The translations under genes were made by a program, and so were the position numbers. Shown here piece after piece: positions 1 to 10,362 of a stretch of DNA of 64,000 bases. The notes beneath the pieces are model-generated. The model had not been told where the DNA came from, ran no database searches, and saw nothing but the letters and a program-made list of their open reading frames with translations. Source of the stretch: an uncultured delta proteobacterium (GTDB lineage: Bacteria > Desulfobacterota > Desulfobacteria > Desulfobacterales > Desulfatirhabdiaceae); contig CAWBKP010000022.1 in NCBI GenBank assembly GCA_963789395.1, positions 288,001 to 352,000 on the forward strand, given 5' to 3'. Each line of letters begins with the position of its first letter. Position 1 is the first letter of the stretch.

Positions 1-1
1 T

Positions 2-133
2 GGGTGGGGACTGGTGCGTGCCTCGAATACCCAGCCGGCCCTGGTGCTTCGGTTTGAAGCTGCGTCCGAGGCCAGGCTGGCGGAGATTCGGGCGATGATG
101 GAATCCGTCCTTGCGACGTTTCAAAAAAGCTGA
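2..133 (+). CDS. Phosphomannomutase/phosphoglucomutase, C-terminal fragment (gene starts before the window)
   Basis: Frame 2 reads GWGLVRASNTQPALVLRFEA...FQKS*, the alpha-D-phosphohexomutase domain-4 motif R-x-S-x-T-x-P; TGA at 131-133. Confidence 0.85.
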   Translation, partial: GWGLVRASNTQPALVLRFEAASEARLAEIRAMMESVLATFQKS

Positions 134-280
134 TGATACTTTTCTACAGGAACAGGCCGGTGCGGATCTGCTTCAAAAACTTGACAAACAGGTAAAGGGA
201 CATAATTATGTTGCTTTGTATTTAAAATAGATTTAACAGGAAGTCACTTACTACTCTAATCCAAGAAGGAGAATTATTGC

Positions 281-1351
281 ATGAAACGATGTAAACATAT
301 GTTAACCCTTGCGGCTGTTGCGCTGATGATACAGTCAGGGATGGCTTTTCCGGCGATGTCTGCGGAAAAGAAAACAGAGGCCAAACCGGCTGCTGCCAAG
401 GCCAAAACCGACAATAAAGCTGCCGCAGATAAAAAAACGCCGGCTGCGGCTGATACGGCTTCAAAAAAAGTGGCGATCGTGAATGGAGCGCCGATTATGC
501 AGGCAGACCTGGACCGGGGAATGGAAGGGGTGATCCAGCGAGAGGCCCGCTCTGGAGCGCCCATGGATGAGGCGCAATTGAAGACCATTCGAATGGATGT
601 GCTGACCAATCTCATTAATCGGGAGCTACTCAATCAGGAAAGTAAAAAGCAGAAAATTGTCATCACCGATGCGCAGGTGGATGAGAAGCTTGCCAGTATC
701 AAACAGCGGTTCAAGGGGGATGCCGAGTTCAAGGAAATGCTTGCCAAAATGAATCTCACCGAAGCGCAGATCAAGGTTCAGCTCAAGGAAGATCTATCGA
801 TTCAGAGCCTTATCGACAAGCAGGTGGTTGACAAAATCACTGTCACGGAACAGGAGGCGCAGGCCTATTATGATACCCATCCCGAGGCATTTAAACAGCC
901 GGAGCAGATCAGGGCCAGCCATATCCTTGTAACGGTTGACCCCAAAGACGATCCTGCCAAAAAAGAGGAAGCCCATAAAAAAATTGAATCCGTTCAGGAA
1001 AAGCTCAAAGCTGGTGGAGATTTTGCGACCCTGGCCAAGGAACTTTCAGACTGCCCCAGCAAAGAAAAAGGGGGAGATCTGGGATATTTTGGAAAAGGAC
1101 AGATGGTCAAGCCTTTCGAAGATGCCGCACTGGCGCTTAAACCCGGTGAAACCAGCGGTATCGTGGAAACCCAGTTTGGTTATCATATCATCAAACTGAC
1201 GGATAAAAAGCCCGAAGGCATTATGCCGTTTGCTGATGTCAAGGACCAGTTGATGCAGTATTTGAAACAGGAAAAAGTCAAGACAGAGCTGGATTCCTAC
1301 CTGGCAACCCTGGAAAAAACGGCAAAAATAGAAAAATTAATAACGCAATAG
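281..1351 (+). CDS. PpiC/parvulin-type peptidyl-prolyl isomerase foldase (SurA/PrsA-like), exported
   Basis: Signal peptide, Ala/Lys-rich linker, SurA-like N-domain, IRASHIL and SDCPSKEKGGDLGYF...MVKPFEDAA...ETQFGYHII parvulin motifs; AAGGAG RBS. Confidence 0.92.
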   Translation: MKRCKHMLTLAAVALMIQSGMAFPAMSAEKKTEAKPAAAKAKTDNKAAADKKTPAAADTASKKVAIVNGAPIMQADLDRGMEGVIQREARSGAPMDEAQLKTIRMDVLTNLINRELLNQESKKQKIVITDAQVDEKLASIKQRFKGDAEFKEMLAKMNLTEAQIKVQLKEDLSIQSLIDKQVVDKITVTEQEAQAYYDTHPEAFKQPEQIRASHILVTVDPKDDPAKKEEAHKKIESVQEKLKAGGDFATLAKELSDCPSKEKGGDLGYFGKGQMVKPFEDAALALKPGETSGIVETQFGYHIIKLTDKKPEGIMPFADVKDQLMQYLKQEKVKTELDSYLATLEKTAKIEKLITQ

Positions 1352-1522
1352 TTTTTTTCTTGACCGCCAATAAATGGTTAAGCTATAGTACCCGATATTT
1401 TCCCGGCTTTTATTTCGGTTCAGGGGGTCCCTTGCAATGGATTCCTGTCCAGGAACACTGTTCTGAAACCCGATCTGAAATCCAGGGACCCGAATAAACA
1501 TTTTTTTAAGGGAGGTCGTGTT

Positions 1523-1723
1523 TTGGCAAAAGGAATAGTGAAATGGTTCAGTGATAAGAAGGGGTTTGGATTCATTGAGCAGGAAGAGGGCGGAGACGTA
1601 TTTGTCCATCACTCAGCCATCAAGATGGAGGGGTTTAAAACCTTAGCCGAGGGTGATCGGGTCACGTTTGATGTTGAAAAAGGAAGCCGGGGACCTGCCG
1701 CAAAGAACGTTGTTAAACTTTAG
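1523..1723 (+). CDS. csp: Cold-shock protein (CSD family)
   Basis: [16 protein letters not shown] (RNP1) and DVFVHHSAI (RNP2); TTG start after GGAGG. Confidence 0.97.
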   Translation: MAKGIVKWFSDKKGFGFIEQEEGGDVFVHHSAIKMEGFKTLAEGDRVTFDVEKGSRGPAAKNVVKL

Positions 1724-1740
1724 TTTAACAAATTAACCGT

Positions 1741-1787
1741 AACAAAAAGGGCGTTTCTCTCGTATCTGGGGGGCGCCTTTTTTTGTT
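1741..1787 (+). terminator. Intrinsic terminator after csp (A-tract and T-tract, possibly bidirectional)
   Basis: AAAAAGGGCGTTTCTC...GGGGGGCGCCTTTTTTT hairpin followed by a T run. Confidence 0.8.
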
Positions 1788-1898
1788 AGCTGCCAAGGGG
1801 TTTCAAAGCTGACCCTTTCCCCAAATGCTCTTCCGGATTGTTCCCTGATATACTGCTCCAATATTTTGTGCTTGACTGAAAATGGTCTAATCGGTTAT

Positions 1899-1915
1899 TA
1901 ATGGTAGAACCATTA
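1899..1915. promoter_or_regulatory. FadR/GntR-family operator palindrome upstream of the regulator-putA operon
   Basis: Perfect TAATGGT-AGA-ACCATTA resembling the PdhR/LldR TGGT-N3-ACCA box; half-site AAATGGTC at ~1880; TTGACT -35-like hexamer at 1872. Confidence 0.75.
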
Positions 1916-1955
1916 TAATGATGCTAATCAATATAAAACGGAAAGACCGCGACCC

Positions 1956-2696
1956 ATGTTTCAAAAAGCCCGGAAAAACCGCATTTATCAGGACGTCGTG
2001 GATCAGATTGAAGAAGCCATTCTGGACGGAAAACTGCATGTGGGAGACACACTGCCGCCTGAAAGGGATTTGATGGAAAAATTCGAAACCAGCCGGGGAA
2101 CCCTTCGGGAGGCCCTTCGGGTTCTGGAGCAAAAAGGGCTGATTGAAATCCGGCTGGGAACAAACGGCGGGGCCGTAATCAAGGGCCTGACCACGGAGAA
2201 AATCAGCGAAAATCTTGCTTTGTTGATCCGGTTTCAGCAGGTTTCCCTGGAGCACCTGGCCGAATTCAGGGAAGGCGTGGAAGGAAATGTCGTTGCGCTG
2301 GCCGCCATGCGGGCAACCCCATCGGATATCCGTCAGCTCCGGCTGCTGCTGGAGGAAGCCCGCCGGTACAAGGAAAACGGCATCAGTTATCAGGACGCCT
2401 TTATCCGGGTGGATGAGCTTCTGCATCAGGCCCTGGCGCGGATATCCCAAAATCCCATGTATACGTCTATTTTACAGACCCTGCATGAAAATATTCACCC
2501 GTATTTTGAAAATTTTCTGCCCCGAGAACCCCATGTGATTGCAGAGAACTTCAGCGATCTTTGCGATATCGTTCAGGCGGTTGAAGAAAGCGATGCTCCA
2601 AAAGCCAGAAAGCTGGCGCAGCAGCATGTCCGGCGGTTCAATCAGTACATGATCCAGAATAAACAGCATCCAACCAGTGGAGGACCCCTCAGATGA
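1956..2696 (+). CDS. FadR-subfamily GntR transcriptional regulator
   Basis: wHTH LPPERDLMEKFETSRGTLREAL plus FCD-type C-domain; stop overlaps the putA start (ATGA). Confidence 0.93.
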   Translation: MFQKARKNRIYQDVVDQIEEAILDGKLHVGDTLPPERDLMEKFETSRGTLREALRVLEQKGLIEIRLGTNGGAVIKGLTTEKISENLALLIRFQQVSLEHLAEFREGVEGNVVALAAMRATPSDIRQLRLLLEEARRYKENGISYQDAFIRVDELLHQALARISQNPMYTSILQTLHENIHPYFENFLPREPHVIAENFSDLCDIVQAVEESDAPKARKLAQQHVRRFNQYMIQNKQHPTSGGPLR

Positions 2697-5600
2697 AATC
2701 CGAAATTACCGACGCGCTTTTAAAGGAAGCCATTGATCTGGCAGAATTCTGGCAAAAACGGGCCAACGAACTCCTGAGCCCGGACGAACGCGCCATTCAG
2801 GTCATGATGATGCGCCTGTTAAGCAGCCCCATGGACAAGGTGATCCTGACCAAAATGATGGATCAGGGATTTCGCTCCGGCAGTTACGGCCGCGTGGCGG
2901 ATCAGATCAACGATCTCATGCGCACTTATGGCATTCCCGGGTTCTTCAGGGTTTCGGAAAAACTTCTCATGCGTCTTTTCCTCGGTATCGGCAGACATGT
3001 TCCGGCTGTATCGGTTCCCCGAATCATCGAAAAAATGCGCTCGGACAGCAGCCGCTCCATTATTGCCGGAGAAGCCGATGCGCTTCATCGTCACCTTCAG
3101 ATCCGCCGAGCCGAAGGCGTCCGCATGAATCTCAATCATCTCGGCGAAGCCGTCCTGGGCGAGGATGAGGCTGCCGGTCGCCTGAAAACGTACCTGGAAG
3201 ATCTCCGGAATCCGGAAATCGAATATATCTCGGTCAAGATTTCAACCATTTATTCACAGATTTCTTCCCTTGCGTTCGACCATACGGTGACAATTTTAAA
3301 AAAGCGCCTGTCCAGCCTCTACCGTACGGCCCAGAGCCATTATTTCATTCGTCAGAACGGGGTCCGGACGCCAAAATTCGTGAATCTGGATATGGAAGAA
3401 TACCGGGATCTGGACATCACGCGCGCCGCATTTATGCAAACCCTGGATGAACCGGAATTCAAGATGCATTCCGCCGGAATTGTCCTTCAGGCCTATCTGC
3501 CGGATTCCTGCGACATCCAGATAACGCTGACCGAATGGGCCAAAAAGCGGGTGGCTGACGGCGGTGCTCCCATCAAGATCCGGATCGTCAAAGGCGCCAA
3601 CATGGAAATGGAACTGGTTGAATCCAGCCTCCACAACTGGCCGCTGGCTCCGTATGACAACAAACTGGACGTGGACGCCAACTACAGGCGAATGGTGGAC
3701 TACGGCATGATTCCGGAAAATATTCAGGCCGTTCATCTTGGGATTGCCTCGCACAATTTATTTGAGCTGGCTTATGCCGCCACGCTGGCAAAACACTCCG
3801 GGGTGAGCGCGTACATGAGCTTTGAAATGCTCGAAGGCATGGCCGACCATGTGCGGCGGGCCATTCAGGAGTCCACGGGAGACGTGCTGCTGTATGCGCC
3901 GGTGGCAAGCCGGGATCAATTCATCAATGCCATCGCCTACCTGATTCGAAGGCTCGATGAGAATACGGCGGAAGAAAATTTTCTCCGCCATTCCTTTAAT
4001 CTGAAAACCGATTCAAAAGCCTGGGATTTTCTAAAAGACCAGTTTGTCAAATCCTGTCATCATCGGAAAAGCGTTTCCAAAGAGCCCAGGCGATCCCAGA
4101 ATCGTTTGACGGAAGCATTTCCAGGCAATGCAGGTACGTTTTATTCCAATGAATTCATCAATGAAGCCGATACGGACTGGGCACTTGAACCCAACCGGAT
4201 ATGGGCCGATGGTATTCGGGACAAGTGGGAAAAGTCTCTTCAGGTCAGCGCTCCGGCCATCATTCCCGTGGTTGCCGGCGGCGGTGAAATTCTCGAAGAC
4301 AGGACGGTCGGGGAATGTCTGGATATTTCGCGGATCGGCGAATCCGATGATAAGCCCTTGATTGCCCGATATATTCTGGCGGATGACAGAGATGTTGCGC
4401 TGGCGGTATCGGTTGCCAAGGCAGATCCTGACGGATGGCGGAAAAAGTCCCTGGCCGAGCGGCATGAAATCCTGTCCCGCGTAGCCGGGGAACTGCGCAT
4501 GGCAAGGGCGGATCTGATCGGGGCAGCCGCCGCCAATACCGGAAAGGTGTTTTCTGAAGGGGATGTCGAGGTTTCAGAGGCCATTGACTTTGCGGAATAC
4601 TATCCGCACGCGGCGCGGGCCTTTGCCGGCAAGCCCCATATCCGCTGCTCGGGCAAAGGCTTGGGTCTGGTGATTTCCCCCTGGAATTTTCCCATCGCCA
4701 TTCCCTGCGGCGGTATTCTGGCAGCATTGTCTGCCGGCAACACCGTCATTTTCAAGCCTGCGTCTGCCGCAGTTCTGGTGGCATGGGAGCTTTGCCAGTG
4801 CTTCTGGAGAGCCGGGGTCACCCGAAATGTGCTTCAGTTTCTTCCATGTGCGGGATCGACCACCGGCGCAAAACTGACCCATCACCCGGATGTGGATTTT
4901 ATCATTCTGACCGGCGGAACCGATACCGGGATGCGGATTTTGAAAGAGCGGCCTGCTGTGTTTCTGGCAGCGGAGACCGGCGGGAAAAACGCCACGATCG
5001 TCACCGCCATGAGCGACAGGGACCAGGCTATCAAAAACGTCATTCAGTCGGCATTCGGTCACTGCGGGCAGAAATGCTCGGCTACCTCTTTGCTCATCCT
5101 TGAAAAAGAGATATATGAAGATTCGGTTTTCAAAAAACAGCTCGTGGATGCAGCCAGAAGTTTTTCGGTGGGCTCTGCATGGGACTTTGAAAACCGGATG
5201 GGCCCGTTGATCCAGCCGCCTTCCGGAGACCTGAAAGCAGCGCTCACAACACTGGCGCCCGGCGAATCCTGGGCCCTGAAACCGGAAAATATCGGCGAAA
5301 ATCCGAATCTGTGGACTCCGGGTATTAAATGGGGCGTTACAGCAGGCAGCTATACCCATTTGACGGAGTTTTTCGGGCCGGTTCTCGGGGTCATGTGCGC
5401 AAGGAATCTGGAGGAAGCCATTGATCTGGTCAACCAGACCGGTTACGGTCTGACTTCCGGGATTGAAAGCCTGGATATGCGGGAGCAGGTACTGTGGAAA
5501 AACCGTATCAAGGCCGGCAATCTTTATGTCAACAGGGGGACTACCGGAGCCATCGTGCTGCGCCAGCCCTTCGGTGGCATGAGAAAGTCTGCGCTGGGAT

Positions 5601-6316
5601 CGGGAATCAAGGCAGGCGGCCCCAATTATGTGAGCCAGTTCATGAATTTTGAAGAAACCGGACTCCCACAGATTGGCGCGATCCGGAGAGATTCAGAAAT
5701 CCTTCGGCTTTCCCACAGGTGGCGGATCAAGCTGGACGGAAAGCATTTCCCCGGTTTGGAAGCCGATATTTTAAAAACCACCCGGGCCATTCAGAGTTAT
5801 GAGTATTGGGCGGAACAGGAATTTCGGGTTGAAAAGGATTATTTTCACTTAAGAGGCCAGGACAATATCATCCGGTATCTGCCGGTGGGGACCGTTGCGG
5901 TCCGCGTCCAGGAAGGTGACTCGCTTTTTGAAACACTGGCCCGTATTGCTGCAGTCCGGATTTCAGGCTGTTCGCTGATTGTCAGCATCCCGCCGGGTCT
6001 TGTCAGTACGGCCACGGCGTTTCTGGATTCAAAAGAAGGCCACGCTCTGCTTCATGGCGCCAGTGTGGTTCGCCAGACCGACCGGGATCTGATTCAGATG
6101 ATTTCAAAAATACAGCGGATCCGCTATGCCCATCCGGACCGGGTGCCATCTGCGGTACTGGCTGCTGCAGCTGAAAGCGGATTTTACATCTCCCGCATGC
6201 CGGTCCTGATGGAAGGCCGGATCGAACTGCTGCAATATTTTCAGGAGCAGAGCATCTGCGACAATTATCACCGATATGGAAATCTCGGGGAGCGGGCGTT
6301 GGCGGCTGCGGTATGA
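2693..6316 (+). CDS. putA: Bifunctional proline dehydrogenase / L-glutamate gamma-semialdehyde dehydrogenase
   Basis: PRODH motifs LDMEEY, RIVKGANMEME, ASHN, YLIRRLDEN; ALDH motifs ISPWNFPIAI, AETGGKNA, GQKCSA, EFFGPVL, QPFGG. Confidence 0.95.
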   Translation: MKSEITDALLKEAIDLAEFWQKRANELLSPDERAIQVMMMRLLSSPMDKVILTKMMDQGFRSGSYGRVADQINDLMRTYGIPGFFRVSEKLLMRLFLGIGRHVPAVSVPRIIEKMRSDSSRSIIAGEADALHRHLQIRRAEGVRMNLNHLGEAVLGEDEAAGRLKTYLEDLRNPEIEYISVKISTIYSQISSLAFDHTVTILKKRLSSLYRTAQSHYFIRQNGVRTPKFVNLDMEEYRDLDITRAAFMQTLDEPEFKMHSAGIVLQAYLPDSCDIQITLTEWAKKRVADGGAPIKIRIVKGANMEMELVESSLHNWPLAPYDNKLDVDANYRRMVDYGMIPENIQAVHLGIASHNLFELAYAATLAKHSGVSAYMSFEMLEGMADHVRRAIQESTGDVLLYAPVASRDQFINAIAYLIRRLDENTAEENFLRHSFNLKTDSKAWDFLKDQFVKSCHHRKSVSKEPRRSQNRLTEAFPGNAGTFYSNEFINEADTDWALEPNRIWADGIRDKWEKSLQVSAPAIIPVVAGGGEILEDRTVGECLDISRIGESDDKPLIARYILADDRDVALAVSVAKADPDGWRKKSLAERHEILSRVAGELRMARADLIGAAAANTGKVFSEGDVEVSEAIDFAEYYPHAARAFAGKPHIRCSGKGLGLVISPWNFPIAIPCGGILAALSAGNTVIFKPASAAVLVAWELCQCFWRAGVTRNVLQFLPCAGSTTGAKLTHHPDVDFIILTGGTDTGMRILKERPAVFLAAETGGKNATIVTAMSDRDQAIKNVIQSAFGHCGQKCSATSLLILEKEIYEDSVFKKQLVDAARSFSVGSAWDFENRMGPLIQPPSGDLKAALTTLAPGESWALKPENIGENPNLWTPGIKWGVTAGSYTHLTEFFGPVLGVMCARNLEEAIDLVNQTGYGLTSGIESLDMREQVLWKNRIKAGNLYVNRGTTGAIVLRQPFGGMRKSALGSGIKAGGPNYVSQFMNFEETGLPQIGAIRRDSEILRLSHRWRIKLDGKHFPGLEADILKTTRAIQSYEYWAEQEFRVEKDYFHLRGQDNIIRYLPVGTVAVRVQEGDSLFETLARIAAVRISGCSLIVSIPPGLVSTATAFLDSKEGHALLHGASVVRQTDRDLIQMISKIQRIRYAHPDRVPSAVLAAAAESGFYISRMPVLMEGRIELLQYFQEQSICDNYHRYGNLGERALAAAV

Positions 6317-6377
6317 TTCTGAAATAAGGCCGAAGACTGAAGGGAAAAGCAATCTTTTGTTTTTACACCGGACTGCA

Positions 6378-7466
6378 TTAATACCAGACAACCGCGGAAA
6401 CAGGATAGGTCAAATACAGGTGTTTCCCCGGAAAAAGGTGCATTTCCCCGGCTGTTTCCGATGAGACGGGAAAGGTGAAATTCAGTTCGGCGATTCTGAG
6501 CGTGACAAGTATGGCGCCGGACTCCGGATCGAGCGCCAGCCGGGTGAGAACGCCCTGAAGGATATGCTCTGATGGGTTCTGCAAGGGGGCCGTGCGGCTG
6601 AGAGATACGGCATCCCGGGGAATTACGGCAGCCGCCGACGGACAGGGCGGAGCGGAAACCCGCAGCGCCTGACCATCTTCCAGAATCTTTTCCCAGAACC
6701 CTTCCGGCCTTGGATTCCAGGGACCCCAGAGGATGTTTCCCCGGCCGTTTTCCATGATTCTGCCATTAAACATCGGGATGACCCGGTTGCAGATTTCATG
6801 GATCCATTGCCAGTCATGGCTGGCAACGATGAGGGTCGTGCCCCATTCTCTGCAAGCCTTCAGGGCGCTTGCCTTGATCTGCTGCGCGCTGGCGGCGTCC
6901 ACGCTGGCTGTGGGTTCATCCAGTAGTAGAACCTTTGGCCGCAGCACCAGCCTGGCGGCAAGGGCCACCCGCTGGGCTTCGCCACCGGAGAGCTGATACC
7001 AGGAACGGCCGGCGAATTCCTTGACGGGAAGGCCTACCAGGGACATGGCGTTTGCCACGGCTTCATCATGACGGGATCGGCTGATACCTCTTAAAACCAA
7101 CCCATAGGCAATGTTGTCAAAAACAGAGCGCTTCATCAGATATGGTTCCTGGGGCAGCAGGCTGACTTGAAATCGAACCGAGGCGTCAAATGGGGCGGCC
7201 TTCTGGCCTTTGAAAAAAATCCTTCCTTCAGAAGGGCTGTCCACAAACGCCAGGAGTCTGAGCAGGCTGCTTTTGCCGCTGCCGTTAGGCCCGATCAGAC
7301 CTGTAATCGATGACGGAGAAATCGTCAGATTGTCGATGTCCACGGCAAGCTGCTTCTTGTGGTATTTTTTGATATGTAAGAGCTGATAGATGTCTTCGCC
7401 TTGTCGGCTGGTCGGGTTTTGTTCCGGCAGCCAATGCGGCTTGAATGTATCACGTTCAGCTGTCAT
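6378..7466 (-). CDS. tupC: Tungstate ABC transporter ATP-binding subunit
   Basis: GPNGSGKS, LSGGEAQRVALA, LLLDEPT; C-terminal TOBE-like extension; downstream of tupB. Confidence 0.8.
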   Translation of the reverse strand: MTAERDTFKPHWLPEQNPTSRQGEDIYQLLHIKKYHKKQLAVDIDNLTISPSSITGLIGPNGSGKSSLLRLLAFVDSPSEGRIFFKGQKAAPFDASVRFQVSLLPQEPYLMKRSVFDNIAYGLVLRGISRSRHDEAVANAMSLVGLPVKEFAGRSWYQLSGGEAQRVALAARLVLRPKVLLLDEPTASVDAASAQQIKASALKACREWGTTLIVASHDWQWIHEICNRVIPMFNGRIMENGRGNILWGPWNPRPEGFWEKILEDGQALRVSAPPCPSAAAVIPRDAVSLSRTAPLQNPSEHILQGVLTRLALDPESGAILVTLRIAELNFTFPVSSETAGEMHLFPGKHLYLTYPVSAVVWY

Positions 7467-7516
7467 ATCGACCTCTCTGACGGTTTATTTTGGTTCATGC
7501 AGGCACAGCTTCGAGG

Positions 7517-8206
7517 TTATGCGCGGTTGCGCAGGAAAGACAGGGAAATGTTCACCACGGCCGCAATAGCCACCAGGATCAGACCCAGCGCGATCCCCTC
7601 TATAAATTGCCCTTTGCTGGTTTCCAGGGCGATCGCGGTTGTGATGGTACGGGTGTGCCATTTGATATTTCCCCCGACCATCATGGCAATGCCCACTTCC
7701 GTCATCACCCGGCCATAGGCGTTCATGCTGGCGGACAGAATGCCGTACCGGGCTTCCCACAGTGTGGAAAGCACAACCTGCTTTCGGTTCGCCCCCAGAG
7801 AAATGAGGGTGACCCGCAGCTTTTCATCCATGCTTTCAATGCATGCCGCTGTCAGCGCAATCACTACGGGAAGCGCCAGAATAGTCTGGCCGATGGCCAC
7901 GCCTTGCAGGGTAAACAGCCATCCCAGATGTCCCAGAGGGCCCCGGTAGGTCAGGAGCGAATACACCAGAAGACCGATCAGCACTGTCGGAAGCGACATC
8001 AGGGTGTCCACCAGGGTTCGCGCGAATTTTTTTCCCGGGAAATCGTGGTGACCCAGAAAAAATCCTGCCGGAATTCCGATCAGGAGGCTGGCGACCATGG
8101 AGCCGGTGGATACTTTCAGTGTTGCGGCTGCAGCCGAATAGGTCTCAGCATTGCCGTGAATCAGCAGTTGAATGGCCTGGAAAAGGCCGTTTATAATATA
8201 GTCCAT
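7517..8206 (-). CDS. tupB: Tungstate ABC transporter permease
   Basis: LMSLPTVLIGL, GRVMTEVGIAMMVGGNIKWHTRTITTAIALETSKG typical of TupB. Confidence 0.88.
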   Translation of the reverse strand: MDYIINGLFQAIQLLIHGNAETYSAAAATLKVSTGSMVASLLIGIPAGFFLGHHDFPGKKFARTLVDTLMSLPTVLIGLLVYSLLTYRGPLGHLGWLFTLQGVAIGQTILALPVVIALTAACIESMDEKLRVTLISLGANRKQVVLSTLWEARYGILSASMNAYGRVMTEVGIAMMVGGNIKWHTRTITTAIALETSKGQFIEGIALGLILVAIAAVVNISLSFLRNRA

Positions 8207-8461
8207 AGTCGTTGAATGAAATCACTAAATTGTTGACTTCCCTTTCCCTGACCTCCGTGACTGCAGGACAGGATCGTGTCAGGAGACACAGGGGCCCGCG
8301 GGAAACGATTCACATCGTGGTACGAGTCTCATAGCGTAACCGTGCCGATGTGTCAATGATGACACAATGAAAACAAAAAAACAATTCAGGAGAATTTGGC
8401 TGATGATCCGTACCGGGGAGGATTGACAGGAAATACTTGAATTGCAGTACACTCTCGGCTC

Positions 8462-8507
8462 AAAAAAAGTGGCGAGTCGAAGCAGAAGAAGCCGCGACTT
8501 GCCACTT
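8462..8507 (-). terminator. Intrinsic terminator after amtB
   Basis: Minus strand AAGTGGCAAGTCG-loop-CGACTCGCCACTT followed by a T run. Confidence 0.8.
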
Positions 8508-8527
8508 GTTTCAGGTTGGCATACACA

Positions 8528-9859
8528 TCATGCCTGTTTGGAGTTCATCTGGAAGTCAAAGTAGGAGAAGCCGCCGTGTTCGGCGATATCAAGACCTTCC
8601 AGTTCTTCCTCCGGGGAGACGCGCAGGCCGATGGTGGCCTTGATGATCTTAAAGAGGATAAAGCAGGTGCCGAAGGACCAGATAAAGGCTGCGGCAATGC
8701 CCAGTAACTGGACGCCGACAATACCGGCCGAAAATCCGTCCATGTTGAAAAGACCCACGGCCAGGGTGCCCCAGGCGCCGCAAACGCCATGCACGGAGAC
8801 AGCCCCCACCGGATCATCCACCCCGATTCTGTCGATGAAGAGAACTGCAAGAACCACAAGTACTCCGGCGATAGCGCCGATAACGATGGAACTGCCCGGG
8901 GTAACCTTTGCGCAGCCGGCGGTGATTCCAACCAGGCCGGCCAATGCGCCGTTCAGGCTCATGCCGATTTCAGGCTTTTTAAAGATCATCCAGGAAGTGA
9001 ACATGGCTAGTATACAGCCTGCGGCTGCAGACAGATTGGTGTTGACAAAAATCATGGCGATATCCTTATTGCCGGCGGTTGTGGATCCCGGGTTGAAGCC
9101 GAACCAGCCAAGCCAGAGGATAAAGACGCCAACGGCAGCCATGGGAATGTTATGTCCGGGAATGGCTCTGGGCTTTCCGTCTTTCCCGTACTTGCCCGTG
9201 CGCGGCCCAAGGACGATGGCTCCGGCAAGGGCTGCCCAGCCGCCGATGGAGTGCACCACGGTTGAGCCGGCAAAATCGATAAAACCCAGTTTTTCCAGCC
9301 ATCCGCCACCATGAAAAAGGCTGCCCCAGGCCCATCCGCCGAAAATCGGATAAATAAAGGCGGAAACCACTGCGCTGTAAACCAGGTAACTTACGAATTT
9401 GGTGCGTTCAGCCATGGCGCCGGAGACTATGGTTGCGGCGGTGGCGGCGAACACGCACTGAAACATCCAGAATGCCAGGACCCAGGGATCGCCGCCCACT
9501 TTAAAATCACTGAGCATAAAGCCGTTGGTGCCAACCCAGCCTGTTGCGGTGGCACCGAACATCAGTCCGAAGCCGATCAGCCAGAAAGCAATTGATCCCA
9601 CTGCAAAGTCCATCAGGTTCTTCATCATGATATTGATTGCATTCTTCGCACGGGTAAAGCCAGCTTCCACCATGGCAAAACCTGCCTGCATGAAGAAGAC
9701 CAGCGCAGCCGCCACCAGGGTCCAGACATAATCGAGATGGGTTTGTACCCCTTTGATTGCATCAGCGTTGGTCGCAATCGTTGGGACTACTTCGTCAGCG
9801 CCCCATCCAATGGCCGGAATGGCCAACAGGGACAGAATCAATATTTGTTTCTTTTTCAT
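8528..9859 (-). CDS. amtB: Ammonium transporter
   Basis: FMQAGFAMVEAG, DFAGSTVVH, WFGFNPGS, DDPVGAVSVHGVCG (twin His); ATG at 9859 chosen from AAGGAG spacing. Confidence 0.96.
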   Translation of the reverse strand: MKKKQILILSLLAIPAIGWGADEVVPTIATNADAIKGVQTHLDYVWTLVAAALVFFMQAGFAMVEAGFTRAKNAINIMMKNLMDFAVGSIAFWLIGFGLMFGATATGWVGTNGFMLSDFKVGGDPWVLAFWMFQCVFAATAATIVSGAMAERTKFVSYLVYSAVVSAFIYPIFGGWAWGSLFHGGGWLEKLGFIDFAGSTVVHSIGGWAALAGAIVLGPRTGKYGKDGKPRAIPGHNIPMAAVGVFILWLGWFGFNPGSTTAGNKDIAMIFVNTNLSAAAGCILAMFTSWMIFKKPEIGMSLNGALAGLVGITAGCAKVTPGSSIVIGAIAGVLVVLAVLFIDRIGVDDPVGAVSVHGVCGAWGTLAVGLFNMDGFSAGIVGVQLLGIAAAFIWSFGTCFILFKIIKATIGLRVSPEEELEGLDIAEHGGFSYFDFQMNSKQA

Positions 9860-9913
9860 TTTTTTCACTCCTTAAACAAAGCTTACAGACCTGACGGTCT
9901 TGATGTTTTTATG

Positions 9914-10270
<357 letters not shown>

Positions 10271-10346
10271 TCATGTCATCATTAAAATATTCGACGCTTG
10301 CCGCAGACTGAGATGTATTTTAAAATTAAGCTTGTTTGATACAATA

Positions 10347-10362
10347 TACAATTAGTGTGCCA
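10347..10362 (-). promoter_or_regulatory. sigma54-like -24/-12 promoter for glnK-amtB
   Basis: Minus strand TGGCAC-ACTAA-TTGTA (one deviation at -12, GT for GC), ~95 bp upstream of glnK, preceded by a very AT-rich tract. Confidence 0.65.

Noticed and set aside
181..210. sigma70 promoter upstream of the PpiC gene
   Set aside because: TTGACA is perfect, but the best -10 (CATAAT) is only 14 nt away and the correctly spaced hexamer is weak
8210..8345. Moco/tungsten-cofactor riboswitch upstream of tupB
   Set aside because: The context is plausible but I could not match the conserved motif by eye; it needs an Rfam scan
8331..8350. sigma54-like motif CGGCACGGTTACGCT upstream of tupB
   Set aside because: GG-to-GC spacing is 9 nt rather than the required 10
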